Source of the DNA: Eledone cirrhosa
Taxonomy: Eukaryota
DNA length: 64,000 nt
Direction: 5' to 3'
Assembly (NCBI GenBank): GCA_964016885.1
Contig: OZ024742.1
Span: 282,162,001-282,226,000 of the forward strand
The position numbers and the translations under genes were made by a program. The notes beneath the pieces are model-generated. The model had not been told where the DNA came from. It saw nothing but the letters and a program-made list of their open reading frames with translations, and made no database searches. Shown piece after piece: positions 30,040 through 45,431 of the stretch. Position 1 is the first letter of the stretch, and the number at the start of each line of letters is the position of its first letter.

Positions 30040-30480
30040 TTTCGCTTCTGAATTTGTTTAGCAAGATTCTTTATCTGAAAACGTGTGTCGAAACCGATAT
30101 TGTTATGCTTTGGGAGGGTCATGTTGCCAATAAGAAATACACGCACCAGGTGCTTTCACTCCAATTTATTATAAATTAAATTTATGAATTTAAGAATTTA
30201 TAAATTTCCGGTTGGTTGGTTGGTTCCACAACCGGACGATTGTTCATATATTGTCAAAGTTCTTTCGTCACACATTCTGTGACCTCTTCAGTGACAGGTG
30301 ATTATTTTCTTTGTTTTGTGCCTCTCCTTTGTTCTGTCCTACGCCATCTAGGACAGAACAAAGGAGAGGCACAAAACAAAGAAAATAATCACCTGTCACT
30401 GAAGAGGTCACAGAATGTGTGACGAAAGAACTTTGACAATATATGAACAACCATCCGATTGTGGAACCAACCAATCAACA
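30040..30480. mobile_element. Family C fold-back element: tail + ~130-bp inverted arms centred at 30345 with two opposed hammerheads (30252-30296 minus, 30394-30438 plus)
   Basis: TGTCA CTGAAGA G GTCACA gaatg TGTGAC GAAA GAAC TT TGACA, identical on both strands. Related copies at 29396-29580, 36570-36745 and 54370-54730. Confidence 0.85.
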
Positions 30481-31033
30481 AAAAAAATTCATAAAAATAC
30501 CATCACTGTTGAACTAAACCCAACAACCAGAATCAATACAGTCACAGACACTAGCCAAATGCAGGCCAAACTATAACACTATCTCCACAATACGATAGAC
30601 TCATCAAATATAATTTCGATTAGTGACCAACAAAAAAAAAAAATGTTACACTCCGCTTCAGCTTTCATAAAATTAATTTTCAACTAAACCAAATATAAGA
30701 CATCTTATACAGTTTATTAACACATTTATTGTTGCAATTCCATGTTCTTGTTCCGACTTTCCTTTTTTACATTGGCTTCGTTGTCATATTCCCCTTACAT
30801 TTTCCAGTGTACCACATAATAAATTTAACTCTTTTCCCATGAAAAGATGTAAATGGCCAAAGTTAACACGACTTAACTTTCCATGAAATAAACAAAGAAT
30901 GTATTGTGTCTAACATCTGTTTACTGCATAACTGACGTTTTAGTTACAATTCTGCTCGAAGCTTTTGTATTAATTTTACATATACATAGGTAAACATACA
31001 TATAGATATATATATACATATACACATACACAC

Positions 31034-31080
<47 letters not shown>

Positions 31081-31844
31081 AACGTATGCAGATATAGATA
31101 CACATACACAAACATATATATATATATACACACACATCTACAATATATACATACAAACACACACACACACGTGTGTGTCTGTGTATGTGTGTATGTATAC
31201 ATACTTACATACATACATCTTTCAGAGATGCCCAGCTGTCTAGCCTGTTCAAGGCAGTGACTCCCAGGTAATTATGAAAATATTAATATCAATCAGGCAA
31301 TGACATTTACAACGAGAATGAGGCTCTAAAGTCACTTTGGCACGCGAACCGTTTAGATATGTAATGGAGTAATTGAACTAAAGCAGCGTAATAACGTTGA
31401 CCTTGCAAGTTCCTTGGTGTTCATTTGAGAAGTTTTGGTGGAGTTGTTGATGGGTCTGGTGGCAGGCAGTGTAACTTAGTAGCTTGCTAGTAAACGAGGG
31501 GCTGTAGTTTAGTAATGATAGAGTAGTTTTGTAGTGATGGCGGTCACGCAGGTTGTGATAATGGTAGTAATTGTGATAGTAATAGTGTGGATAATGGGGA
31601 TATTGGGAGATTATAGCGTTAAGGGTGTTGGTAGAGTTGTTGGCATTAGTGATGGTGGTAATGATGATGTCTTTAGTGGTGCTGGAGGGAATGATGTTGT
31701 ATGTTGATGGCTGCATTGTGAGTCCTGAGAGTGATAACTGTAGTAGTGATTCTCTAGTATAGCAAATATGTTGGCTCTAGTGGTGTTTGTATTAACGATG
31801 GTAGTAGTATTGACAGTGCAATCACCCGGTGTTAGAAGGAGATG

Positions 31845-31856
31845 AAGATGACGACT

Positions 31857-31890
<34 letters not shown>

Positions 31891-31985
31891 AGAAGAAGAA
31901 GAAGAAGAAGAAGAAGAAGAAGAAGAAGAAGAAGAAGAAGAAGAAGAAGAAGAAGAAGAAGAAGAAGAAGAAGAAGAAGAAGAAA
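31845..31985. repeat. (GAC)n-(GAA)n trinucleotide microsatellite
   Basis: Directly visible. Confidence 0.95.
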
Positions 31986-32102
31986 TGCTTTTCTGACTTC
32001 TTAATTGAGATAAATATCACTGATGTCCTTTTGCCATTCTCTCACTGCGGGCTCCAGCATTCTAGTAATTGTTGTCACTCTATTTTGGTATTTAATGATC
32101 TG

Positions 32103-32343
<241 letters not shown>

Positions 32344-32344
32344 C

Positions 32345-33004
<660 letters not shown>

Positions 33005-33485
33005 TAATGCGAACTTCAATGGTTATTATTAATCAGTGGTAACACTAACAAGATGTGGTGCATAATAGAGGTATGTATTCGAAGGCTCATATGATTTATT
33101 TATTTACAATAAACATATAAGAGTCTCGCTGTCGTGATCAAGTCACATTGTGAACCACACTTTTTAGTGTTTCTCCTAATTAATCCTAGACACCAAATTC
33201 ATACAATATGCATCTCCAACCGATGTTTCATACGGCAAAAGCCTATAAACTGTTTGCTTGTTCTTCTCTCAGTATTGAGTGTGTAAATGTCATTGACGAG
33301 GGATAATACTGTAGAAAAATGTATCTGGCATTCTCACCGGCTTCTGAGAAAGCTGTGATAGAAGACTCTTCTTTGTATACTACACATAAACAAACCGTTT
33401 ATTTCTTCATATATATCCCTAATAGAATGTATGTATGTTTCTACATAAATTTATGTACATGTGTGTAGATATATGCATGAAGATG

Positions 33486-33517
<32 letters not shown>

Positions 33518-34319
33518 TGTGGGAACTGTCTATTTCTTAAGTGTCTATGTATGTGGGATTATATCTATACGTATGTATGCTTTTGCGATTGCTAGCGATA
33601 AATAGCTTAAAATTGGTGTTAAATGGTACACGGTTATTTTATTGGTTCGAATCGATCAACAAATTCAAACCCTTGGAAGTTATAATCAATAGAATTACTT
33701 TGTTGTTTAGTAACTTAAAATTACATGTCCAGATAAGGTGAATATTGATTCTCGACATTTTTTAATAACATCTAAATAGCTAATACTTATACTTTAATAT
33801 TTACATTGTTATAATGCGAAAAATATGTTATGCTAAGTATTATGCCGTAATTGAATGCGAATATGTTTTAAAACCTTAGAAAGTTATTGATTTCACTATT
33901 AATGGATAGTATTATGAATGGTTGGTTAAGCCGTATTAACCTTTAGTTGGCCCTCTAGACATTAAAGTATTTCAAGCTCCAATCTTTCACTTAACTACAA
34001 AGAACATTATTCACGTGCTGCTAATCCTTGCGGGGAGACCTTGCTTTCAGTCAAGTCAGTTTTGGCCCTGGTAATAGATTTAATACGTCGCTCAGTTTAA
34101 CAGCGCTATCTGACTCTTGTTTGACTTTAGTCATATCCACTCTATTACAAGCATGTGTAGTTTGAGGATAGTTTATTCTCAGCCCTTCACTAGTTACGGA
34201 GAATGATGTATTTGGGAATAGTCTTCTTCGAGTTGTTTCCTACGCATAAATACTTCTGGTGTAGTTTTATATCTAAAATACAGGCTGATTTCAAATGCTA
34301 GTTTTACGAGGATTGTATA

Positions 34320-34420
34320 TGTATGTATGGACTCGTAACTTCTGCTAGAGTCGTAGGGGCACCATATTGACATATAGCGTTTCTTGAGCATTTTCAACTC
34401 TGGCGGGACCCCTCTCCTCT
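34320..34420 (-). repeat. Short retroposon 3'-end family ending in (TACA)n; other copies at 14745-14812 (+) and 50085-50183 (+)
   Basis: Shared cccctacgactc...gagtta(c/t)g(g/a)g...catacat. Confidence 0.6.
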
Positions 34421-35655
34421 CCAAGTCTGAACACAGCAGATTCTTTCCAGAAAAGAATAGAAAGTGAGAAAAATGAAATGAGAGAGAGATATAGAAACAC
34501 AAATCGACCGCAGTACTAGAATGCTACTTTTTAATCGACTTTAAAAGGATGAAAGACAAAGTAGACCGTGGTGGGAATTGAACTCAGAGAGCAGAGAGAC
34601 GGAACGAATGATTGCAAAGCCTTCCATCCGACATTCCAACAGCTCTGCCAATTAGTTTCTAGGATTCCATGTATATGTGTTTATAAATGTTATTTCAGTA
34701 CGTCATATTGGTAATTGGTATTACAAGATCAATATAATGATATTAACTATGAAGTAAATACAGTATTCCCCCGGAATTCGCGGTCCTCATTATTCGCCGA
34801 ATTTTCCTTAGAATCTAACTGATAATTATTCATGGAAACCACCCCATATTCGTGGAATCGTAAATATCTTCCGCAATCTTTTATGGCTTTTTTCGTGGCA
34901 ATATATATATATTTTAACGCTAAATTATTAATAACAATATACCGTATTTGCCGGTCTATTGGACACTCCTTCGCTTAATTACGTTTAGAAACATTATGTA
35001 GCAGCGTTGAAGGTAACCAATTTTCGAGCAAATACGAGAAAATCGCTAGTTTCTCGTAAACCATTAAAGATTAGATATATATAGCTTCTAAATTAGTCAC
35101 CCTGTATAACTGTCAATGTGGGAAACAACAACACTAAGATTAAAACATTTCCAAAAACCACTAAGTGCATGTTTCTCATTGATAATATTACTTTCTTTGT
35201 TGACTAAAGAAAGAAATACAAATTATTTTTTCTGTATTTTTAATTAATTATATAGTTTATAATCATTCTAATATGTATAAATACTACGTCTGAATGATTT
35301 TTTAAAACTTAGATACAAAGTGCACCAAAATATGTTTACTTGTTCTATCTAAATTGCGAGTAAATTTTTGGGAAGCAGTGATATTTGTATTCAATATATA
35401 TTATTAACTACAACACTATATCAATACTGTCGGAAAGGTAACTTACCGTAACTGACAAATTATTGTTCAACCAGTGACGGCGGAGAAGTTTTTTCTCTCA
35501 AAGAAACTGACGATCTATAGTAATTTTATCTAATAAATAGACGAATTATGGAAATTATGAGAACATTAGCATTTTGTTCAAGTTAGCAATGAATGCGAAT
35601 TAGTTTAACATGAATTTATATTCAATTTACCGTATTCTAGTATTTATATATATAT

Positions 35656-35753
<98 letters not shown>

Positions 35754-36525
35754 GTGTGCGTGTGCGTGCGTGTGCGCGCGTGTGCGAGTGCATGTGAGTG
35801 TGTGTGCGTGTGTGTGTATGCGAGTGTATGTGAGTGTACGTGTGTGTGTGTACATGTATGTGCAAAGAAATTTTTCGGTGCCCTTTATTTTCCATGATTA
35901 AACATGTTATGTTACACCGTAAAAGATTGCGAACTAGTTTTAAAATATTAATGCCTATTGATTAGTCTTTAAACTGATATCAATTTGTCATATATTCATT
36001 GATACTGATAAGTTCTGAAATTCCGCTTATGTTACATATCATATATATTAATTTTTTGTACTCTGGAATAGCCGAGTAGTTAAAAAATTCGCTTCACGCT
36101 CCTGAGTACTTGGGCAAGAACCGTTTGCGTGGCATCTTGAGCAATTGTGTTGTTTACCACAGATTCAGATCTACCCAAGCAATTCGAGTGAAATTTGGAA
36201 TATAGAAACTCTTTAGAAGATCATAGGATGGAATATACCTTTATTTCACAGGGCCAATATGCCTCACTGAATCACCTCGAGAAAGACATTAATTTTCCGC
36301 GTGTTCTCGAATGATCAGCCACTTACACGGTAATTTCAAGAGTTGGCGATGTCGTTGATTAAACAAGTGGGGTGTGTATGTTAAATCGTAATACTGGGGT
36401 TGTTGACTTATAGCATTATATGCAATCAATGTTTACTAATGGTGGAGAGGGACTCCGCACACACACACACACACATGTACATATATATATATGTGTATGT
36501 GCGTGCGAACGGTCGTTTGCATATG

Positions 36526-36567
<42 letters not shown>

Positions 36568-36749
36568 TTGTTATACTTGGGGAGGGTCATATTTGTGTAA
36601 TATTGCCAGAATTAATAACAGAACACACTCACTGTTTGGTTGGTTTTCGCTTTTCGCTTCTGTGTCTTTTATATAAACAAGTATAACAATATTTGTTTCG
36701 ATACACGATTTCATATCAAAAACCTCGCAAAACTAATTCATCGCCGTTA

Positions 36750-37034
36750 TATATATATGAATGTATGTATAGTATATTTGGCAATATACCGTATGTTTGA
36801 TTAAAAACATTTAGAAGACCATTCGCTATCAGTTTTAAAGTAGTGACTATGTCACTTATTTACTTATTTTCGGCAAAGGCTGGAAGAGAGGCTAACAGCT
36901 GGTTCTCGCTGGTTGGCGTTTATCAAAGCCCCGCACTCACCTACCTTTGCCGAAAATTATACAGTAAAAGCTGGATTCTTATAAAATTCCACTAATAATC
37001 AGGAGCTGATTACACACAGCGATTGCCGGTCCGG

Positions 37035-37035
<1 letters not shown>
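36750..37035 (-). mobile_element. Family A copy, circularly permuted; HHR-like motif at 36890-36930
   Basis: Segment order is rotated relative to 3293-3617. Minus strand GGCU-UUGAUAA-A CGC caacca GCG A-GAAC-CAGCUG-UU-AGCC (A15.1 altered). Confidence 0.65.
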
Positions 37036-37089
<54 letters not shown>

Positions 37090-37461
37090 TGAGTCAAGTG
37101 GCGTCTTCTCTTCTTGTTGGCCTATCTCTTACTATTTTCGTTTACTGACTTAGGATGTTGTGTTTTTCTCCTTTCAGCATGTATCTAAGTGGCAACTGGA
37201 CAATTATTTTTCCTATTTCTGGATCGTAAGGACCTTTCTTTCTTCCATTGTTCCCACAGTATTATCGTATATTTCTCGTCTGTATGTGTCATTTGTCTAA
37301 CGCCAGGGAAGTTAACAGCAATATCAGTGCCCGACTTTGAATATATTTTTTCTTTTGCCTAACTGTCCTTGTTGTAAACTTAGGTATTTAAACAAATTGT
37401 TTTCGAATATTAATTCTGTCTGTTTTATTCTGTATTCTTCGGAATTTACACACAGGTAATT

Positions 37462-37920
37462 ATGCACACAAAGTCCACCAAAAGGAAAGTAATCAAAACA
37501 CTAGTGTGGCCGGTAGATCTATATGGTTGTGAGTCAAGGACTTTAAAGGCATTTGACTTCAAACGATTGAGTAGTGCCTTTGAAATGTCATGCTATAGGC
37601 ATGCGCTCAGAATTAGCTGGACAGCTCACAGGACAAATGAATCTGCCCTGGAAGAGTTTAGTGTCAATCGACAGTTGGTTGAAACAGTAAAGAAGAGGAA
37701 ACTTCAGTATTTTGGTCATGTCATCATGACCCGAAATTTGACTACCCGAATCCTAGAGGAACGAATACAAGGGAAACGGACCAAGGGACGGCAGAAGAGG
37801 ATATGGACAGATGATATTAAGGAATGGACAAGAAGGAGTTTGGCGGAAGTACGGCAATGGTAAGAGACAGGAAAATGGAGAGTGCTGGTCCATAAGATAT
37901 GAGGATGAGATGAGAGAGAG
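37462..37920 (+). pseudogene. RTE/BovB-type LINE 3' fragment
   Basis: TLVWPV.LYGCES.TL....KRL..AFEM.CYR..LRISW...RTN...VKKRKLQYFGH...GKR.KGR....W.DDIKEW. Confidence 0.85.
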
Positions 37921-38900
37921 TAATTGTTTCTCGGTCTTTATCAACTATCTGTTTACCTGTTCCCTGTATTGTTTCACAATTTTCGTACAGACTATTGGTT
38001 TGGCAAATTTCCGAAAAACCAAGGTCGATCCTAAATGAATAACTGATGAATGGAAACGTTGTTTGTTTTATCATGCCTTCTCATTGAATTATACACATAT
38101 TGCTGATGGAAATTCAAACATGTTTTCGTGATCAAGGGGTTGGCTTCACAATCACACAATCTCGGGTTCAATCCTGCCACGTTTTATCTTGAACATGAAA
38201 ATAAAGATTTCTACTTTAGGCTCAAGTCAAGCAATTTAAGTGAATGGAAAGACCGATTAAATTGACCCTGTACTAGACCAGTACTTTATTTTATCGACAC
38301 CGAAAGTTGACCTCGGTGGATTTGAACACAAAATGTAAAGAGCCGTAAAAATACCGCTACGCGTATAACGACACTTCCTCCCCGCTATCGCCATCATAAT
38401 GCCCATCTGATGGTGGTGGTGGTTTTCTGGTGGTAGTTGCAACGGTATAAATACAAAAAACAAGCTAAGAGCAACAGATAGAAAAAGACACCCCTGGGTC
38501 TCATAAAGCAATCAAGGAGGGATTTAGAGGGCATTAAAAAATGGCTGCCAATGCTCACTTCTTGATTTCATTTCCGTTGGTCATAAGTAGATATTTAACA
38601 CGTGTCCACCAGATCACGTGATCTCGGCATGCCAAGCGGAAAGAATAACACTGAACGTTTATGGCAGCAGTTTAATTATAATGTATTTATTTGTATGTAG
38701 TGCCGTGACTTTGTGTGTGTGCGTGATGTGTGTGAGAGTGTGTAGTTTGTCTGTGTGTGTATGAATATAAGTGCGTGATATCTGTTTTATGTTTTGCTTC
38801 ATTCGTTAGTGTTGATGTTGTTGATGTTTTTACTGGCGTTGCTGTAGTATTTATTATTGGTGATAGCTATATGTCCTGGATATTTGCATATATGTGTATG

Positions 38901-39041
<141 letters not shown>

Positions 39042-39149
39042 GTGTGTGTTTATTGAGAGAGAGACGGAAAGATGTTTAAATAAATATTTTGAAAGGCCCA
39101 CATATACACATATATACGTACATATTTACAAACATACATACATACACAC

Positions 39150-39195
<46 letters not shown>

Positions 39196-39247
39196 ATGTA
39201 TGTGTGTGTGTGTGTGTGTGCGTGTGTGTGTGTGTGTGTGTGTGCGC

Positions 39248-39307
<60 letters not shown>

Positions 39308-39582
39308 GTGTGTATTGGAGAGAGCTGAAGAAATAGATATCTAGGCAGATAGATAGATAGATAGATAGCAGATAGATAGATAGATATTTTGCCGTTGTTT
39401 CCCCCTCTAGGTCTTCATGTCCCTTTACTTATGGTACATTGGATAAAGCCAGAATTCTGCAATGTTTAACGTTGGAAGCTGAACAAGACATAAATGCAGA
39501 GTCAAAAAAGGCAATTTAGCAATATTTTATTTCTATTCCTTTACTGATGTTTAAGCAGTTGTCACCTGAAGGCTTACTGTCC

Positions 39583-39642
39583 TCACTTAACTAAAACAAA
39601 AAAAGAGGCACTACTGCCAACACCCAAAACAACAACACCACC

Positions 39643-39675
<33 letters not shown>

Positions 39676-42600
39676 CGCAAACACAACCAAAACAAGAACA
39701 ACAAAGCAACCTGCAAGCACAGTCCCACCCAACCCTACTCCACCTAAAACCACTGCAAAAACACCCACAAACACAACAGCTCCCCAAAACATACCCCTTC
39801 CAAATAACACAGACACTACAACGGACGAGGCCCCCACATCATCACCAAGTGATGATGAGGGAGAGCCTCTCCGTTCGAAAAGAAAGAAGAAAAGACACCA
39901 CAAGAACAAAAAAACAACAAACATCACTACAAACATACAACCACCAACACAAACAACACAAACATTACAAATAAAAACCCCGTCCCGAAAACAAAACCAC
40001 GACATCACTCCAAACACAAACACCTACTACAAAACGAAAGCTCCCACAAGAACAACAGACAAAAACCATCGCAACACAACAAGAACATTACACATACATA
40101 AACAGTAAAAATAAAACTTTAAAGGAGGTCATCTCCAACGACCCTTCGGTGAAAACCGAAGGGAAAACTTTTTCGAACTGTGCAGACAAACCTAATTTAA
40201 AAATGATTAGGGTCCCTACGGACACCTATAAGTTTTTAAAGGTAAACTTTCCTAAGGACGTGGGTAATCCTTGTGTTAAATCCATTAACCGCGTCCTTTA
40301 AAAAAAGTTTCCACACCCTCACCTCAGACACCCCCACCCCACCAAACATCTCCGCCCCCACCCCGCCGGAAACCACCACCCACCAGACAACTCCTCTAAC
40401 ATCCCCATGGAAACCGTGCGGCCTGATCCCCGGGAGACGAAGAGGTGAGTGTTTTCTTCTCCTCTTTTAACTTTTCAGAACCAACATGGCCAATATAAGA
40501 GTTGGGTGTGTGAATGTACGCGGCCTGGGGATGCCCTCGAAACAGGGCAAACTCTTAAACGACCTCAGGTCGCACAGTATGGATGTAGTAGCCATTTGCG
40601 AATCCAGGATCCACAGCGAGCGACAGCTGGCCCCCATCTTCGATGACTTTGAGATCTACGCATCTCTCTGTCAGCCGGGGGTGGGGGCAGGGTTGCCGTT
40701 TTGCTGCGGAAACACCTGGGCCTCGTAACACAGACGGTACATCTGGACCCGGAGGGTCAACTGGTGGTCCTAGACGTTGACAGTAGTGAAGGTGGAGGCT
40801 TCAGGCTGGTGGCCGCATATGCCCCATCCGGGACACCGCGGCCAGACTTCTTCAAACGTCTAGAGACTTTTCTGGGAACGTCCGCTCCTTGCTTTTAGTG
40901 GGGGACTGGAATGGATTCCTAGATGCACGTTGGGACTATGTGGGAGCATGTCCCGATAAAGGGGGGTGTAACATCCTCAAACAGTTAATCGGCCGATTTG
41001 ACCTGGCCGATAGATATCGACTATATTTTCCGACTGTGCCACTGTGGACGTGGACTAATCGTAGCGGAACATCTAGATCGTACCTAGATAGGGTTCTAGT
41101 TAGAAATAAGGATAGGGACATGTTAAGCTGTCCACAAATGTTCATGGTTGCCTATTCAGATCACAAACTAGTGACCTGCATGGTCAACCTTGATAGAACC
41201 CATAGACAAGGACCCGGCTACTGGAAGCTGAACTTGTCGTTACCGAAATGCAAAGCCTACAGTAGACGGATTAGCAATTTAGTTAAACAGCACTTGACAG
41301 GGGCCATTGTCGACAACAGATGGTGGTACTCTCTCAAGAGGGCAGTTAGATTAGACTCGTTAGTTTTTAGTAAAGAATTACCGTTAGATAGAAATAGAAC
41401 TGAGAAAGAACTGGTAGATTAAGTAGAAGAGGCAATTAGAAGCGGCAACTTAGCCAGCGTGCTAGCAACCAGAACGGCCTTGGACCAGTTCTTCGAGGCA
41501 AAGCATGAAGTCTGCGTTGTCAGAAGAAAAATACGTGCTCTGGGAAACGAGGGAGCCAAAGTTGTTAGCTGGGCCCGGGTGACGGAGGCAAAAAGTGGCA
41601 ACAAGTCCACGATTCGGTCTTTGAAGTACCAAAACGGACGCGTGATACGTGAGCCGAAGCAGATGTGTGCGGCCCTTTCAGCAGCACATTGCTCAGCTGT
41701 TCGGGCAGGGCGGCGCGCCGGGAGGGGCTATGGATTTCGGTCAATACCTCGACGGCCTACTGCGACTCTCGGATAGCAAGGCAAAGTTCTGCGAAAAGTC
41801 GATTTCAGCCGCTGAGATAGGGGTCGCGTTGAGCCAATACGGCAAACACAAATCTCCAGGTCTCGACGGTCTACCCTACGAATTTTACGTAGCAATGCCG
41901 GACTTATTCTCCGGTCTCCTGGAAGCGGTCTACTGCAAGTGGCAACCGAACGGGAGAATTCCTAGTTCTGTGACCGGGGGAGTAGTCACACCAGTCAGGA
42001 AGGACGAGAATAAGGGGGATGACATAGGCATCTTCCGGCCCATAACTCTGCTAAACACAGAGTTACAGATTTTGGCCAAGGTGTTGGAAAAGAGGCTGGC
42101 GCTTGTCGTCGGGAACCTCCATTCGACAAGGATGCCTCCTCTCCTCCCTTCTGTACGTATTGACTCTCGAGCCACTACTGCGGAAGTTGGAGCTATTGCA
42201 GGGCATCCCTCTGGAACCGGGACTGCGGAAAGCGGCGTCGGCCTACGCAGACGACGTGACAGTAATGGTGTCGAGCGCCTCGCAAATCGAGTAAGTCGGC
42301 ACCTTACTGAAGGAATACGAAAGGTTCACAGGAGCGAAGCTGAACCGGGACAAGTCCATCGGTTTGCAACTCGGATCGTGGAGAGGCAGACCGATGCCTT
42401 CCGATGGCGTCGTCGGACGCTGGACGGAAGGACCAGTAAAGCTGCTCGGGGTCTGGTTTGGTCCGGACCTCCAGGTGGAGAAGAACTGAAACGAGGTGTC
42501 GGCCAAGGTGTTTGCACTCTCCCAGAAGTGGGCCGAGTGCAAACTATCCTTGAAAGGTCGAGCGGAGGTGGCGAACACTTTTATAGTGTCCGCCATCTAC

Positions 42601-43777
42601 TACCGCTTGACCGTCGTGCCTTGTCCATCCAAAACGCTCGCCAAAATGGAGCGCGCGCTCTTCCAATTCCTTTGGAAGAGGCGGGCTTCTATGTTGAGAA
42701 GATCCATCTCTACGTATTCCTCACCGGACAACCGGTGTGAGCCCCGTTCGTGAGGCGAGCCAGCCCACGACTCGTCTCGCTGACCGAGCTGCAGTCTTGG
42801 GTCAAGCAAAGACCGAGGAAAATGGGCGACTGGCACATCGAATGTGCTCAGGCGCTCACAGCCCTCTGGCAGGGGAACCCGGCGATCAGTGGAGACTCCA
42901 CTTCGTCATTCTATAGAGGGTTGATCCGCAGCAGGTGAGACGACGTGCTCGGTGAAACTCTGGGCGTAGAGGAAGACGAACTGGCCAGTCTGTTCGGTAG
43001 GACCTTCCGCCCAGGACCGATGGACAACTTCCAAAAGTCCCTGGCCTGGCAGTGCTACTGAGAGCCTTTACCAGTTCGAGACAAGCTCTATAGACATAGG
43101 CGCCCGGGCAGGGACCCTGCAAAAAAGATCTGTCCGAGGTGCGTGCGTGACGAAGAAACCGTCGCGCACGTATTCATACACTGCCCGGGCGTTACCGACC
43201 TGTAGGGCTATGTAGAAAGACTATTGTCGTGGGTGGGACCAATCCGGTTGACCATCGAGTCCATTGTCATGATCAAACCGCCACCTCCTTCAAAAACGAA
43301 GGAGAGGCGGTTTTCCTTTGTGTGATAGCTATGGCAAAAGAGGTTGTATGGTGGACAAGGTTGAAGGGGCTGAGGTCAGACACCTTTCTCTCCGGCCAAC
43401 AACTGATTCTTTTTTTCAAATACCATTTTGGAAGAAGAATCAGGATGGAGAGAGAGGTGCTGTACCCTAGCAAGTTTTATGAAAGGTGGGTGAAAGTGGC
43501 GAGAATGGCCCGAATGAATGGGCCTTCTCTCTATATCAGCCTGTAGGTTGAGGAAAAGGAGGAGGAGAGGAAAGGAGTACAAAATCTTCGAACTCCTGGA
43601 GATGAGGGTTGCACATTTTTGGGAGGTATGTGTTACCCATATGAACTGTCTCCCCTATTGGGGAAAACGACTAATTTTTAAATTGCATTTCTGATATTTT
43701 ACACGTTTTTATTGTATGTAAACCTCCCCCTTTGTATTTGTCCCCTTCTTTTGTGCCCCTGTGGCTAATAAAGAAAC
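39583..43777 (+). mobile_element. Tx1/L1-clade LINE, long decayed copy (possible ORF1 remnant + ORF2 + 3' UTR)
   Basis: ORF2 pieces described below. T/P/K-rich region upstream. 3' end ...ctgtggctaataaagaaa matches the copy at 25035. The 5' boundary is approximate. Confidence 0.85.
40486..43546 (+). pseudogene. Tx1-type ORF2: APE endonuclease + RT + C-terminal zinc finger, with frameshifts, stops and an internal RT deletion
   Basis: NVRGL, AICE, YAP, GDWN, YLDR, SDH, GPGYWKLN, KSPGLDGLPYEFY, FRPITLLN, RQGC.LS.LLY, YADD, CPRC...ET..H...HC. Confidence 0.9.
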
Positions 43778-44094
43778 ATATCATTAAACTGCAGCCCCTA
43801 TAAGGAACTGCCTTGTAGGGATTTGGCTCGATCATATCGACCTCCAGTACTTATTGTCTTATGAAGTCGGCTACGTATTTTATCGATCTGTTCTTTTTTA
43901 ATCTTTTTTTTAAATGCGGGACTGTTAAATTACATTACATATTCACTGACACTGAGACAAACGTAAACATACACACTTATACACATACAGAAACACACAC
44001 ATATGTATATGTATATATATATATACATATTTATTAAAATAACAGATTAAAGTTTAAGCAAAGAATGGATTTTAGTCTTCAAATTTATTATTAT

Positions 44095-44143
<49 letters not shown>

Positions 44144-44859
44144 TAAATTAGCCAGAATCGTATTTCGGCTTAGGAATTAACGAAAAACAACTTCCGAGAT
44201 GTGTGGCAAGCGCTCGATGATTCAGATGAATCAGAGCTACGACCTACGTTAAAGGCCAAACACACTGAGACGATGGTTAAACAAACATCCGCACAGCCAA
44301 AGAAACGACCATGTAATTCGGGTCAAACAATAAAAATATATGTGATTGAAAATTTACCCGGACCCCTGGAAGGTTGGTAAAATCCAGTATTTGCAGACCA
44401 TATATCTCCGGCTAGGGCAATGCAATAACTAAATTAAGATATTGGGATAAAAAGAGTTGGGTGGAGAAAGAGAAAGACATGTAAACAAACAGGAATGGTG
44501 AGGCAACATAAAGAGAGGAAAAAATGAGAAAATCAAGTCAATAATTCATTTTGAACATAAGAACGTGCGAATATTGACGAGAAGGCAAAAGACACATCTT
44601 GGCCGTGCGAATGTGAGCGAGGAAAGAATTTCGTACGGTGTGGGATGATGAAGGAAGTGAGAGAGAGGGTGAGTAGCAGAGAGTGAGTGAGTGCAAGTGT
44701 GAGGAAGAGGCTAGCCGAGAGAGGGTGACTAGTAGAGGGGGTGAGTGAAAGTAAGAGGGAGAAGGAGAGAGAAGGGGGAGAGAGAAAGAGGATAGCAGTA
44801 AGGAAAGAGAAAAAGACAGGTCACAGCGAAGGGGAAAGCATATATGAATGAAAAATGGC

Positions 44860-44985
<126 letters not shown>

Positions 44986-45134
44986 AATGTATGTATGTAC
45001 GTATGTATGTATGTATGTACGTATATATATGTTTAGAAAACGTAAGAGAGAAACACAAACATCAGGACAACTGCCGCTCTTCGGCTGTCTGTTGTGGATC
45101 GTTGATGTTTCGACGCATATATACGGTAGTATAA

Positions 45135-45326
45135 GTTTGGTAGAAATATCCAAGGGTAAGAGCACTCAGTCCATGGAACGAGTTTAATATAACTATTTAC
45201 AACAATGACATCTACAGGAACTTAAGTTTCGTTGGGTTATACCCCCCGACTCATTCAATAGCCATCTTCCTTTTTTATAACAGGCTGAATGGGTTGGGCG
45301 TTTAATCCAATGAAACTTATGTACCT
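45135..45326. mobile_element. Diverged fold-back element with two opposed HHR-like motifs having an 8-nt core (45216-45257 minus, 45282-45326 plus)
   Basis: Plus: AGG CTGAATGG GTTGGG cgtttaa TCCAAT GAAA CTTATG TA CCT. Minus: UGAAUGA GUCGGG...CCCAAC GAAA CUUAAG UU CCU. Tail cactcagtccatggaacgagtt is shared with 28755-28776. Confidence 0.55.
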
Positions 45327-45373
45327 ATATATATATGTCACTGTTGTTACTTATTATATATATATATAGATAG

Positions 45374-45431
<58 letters not shown>

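Noticed and set aside
34758-35640. Possible Tc1/pogo-type MITE ends (tacagtattcccc, taccgtattt)
   Set aside because: No matching inverted terminus could be identified with confidence.
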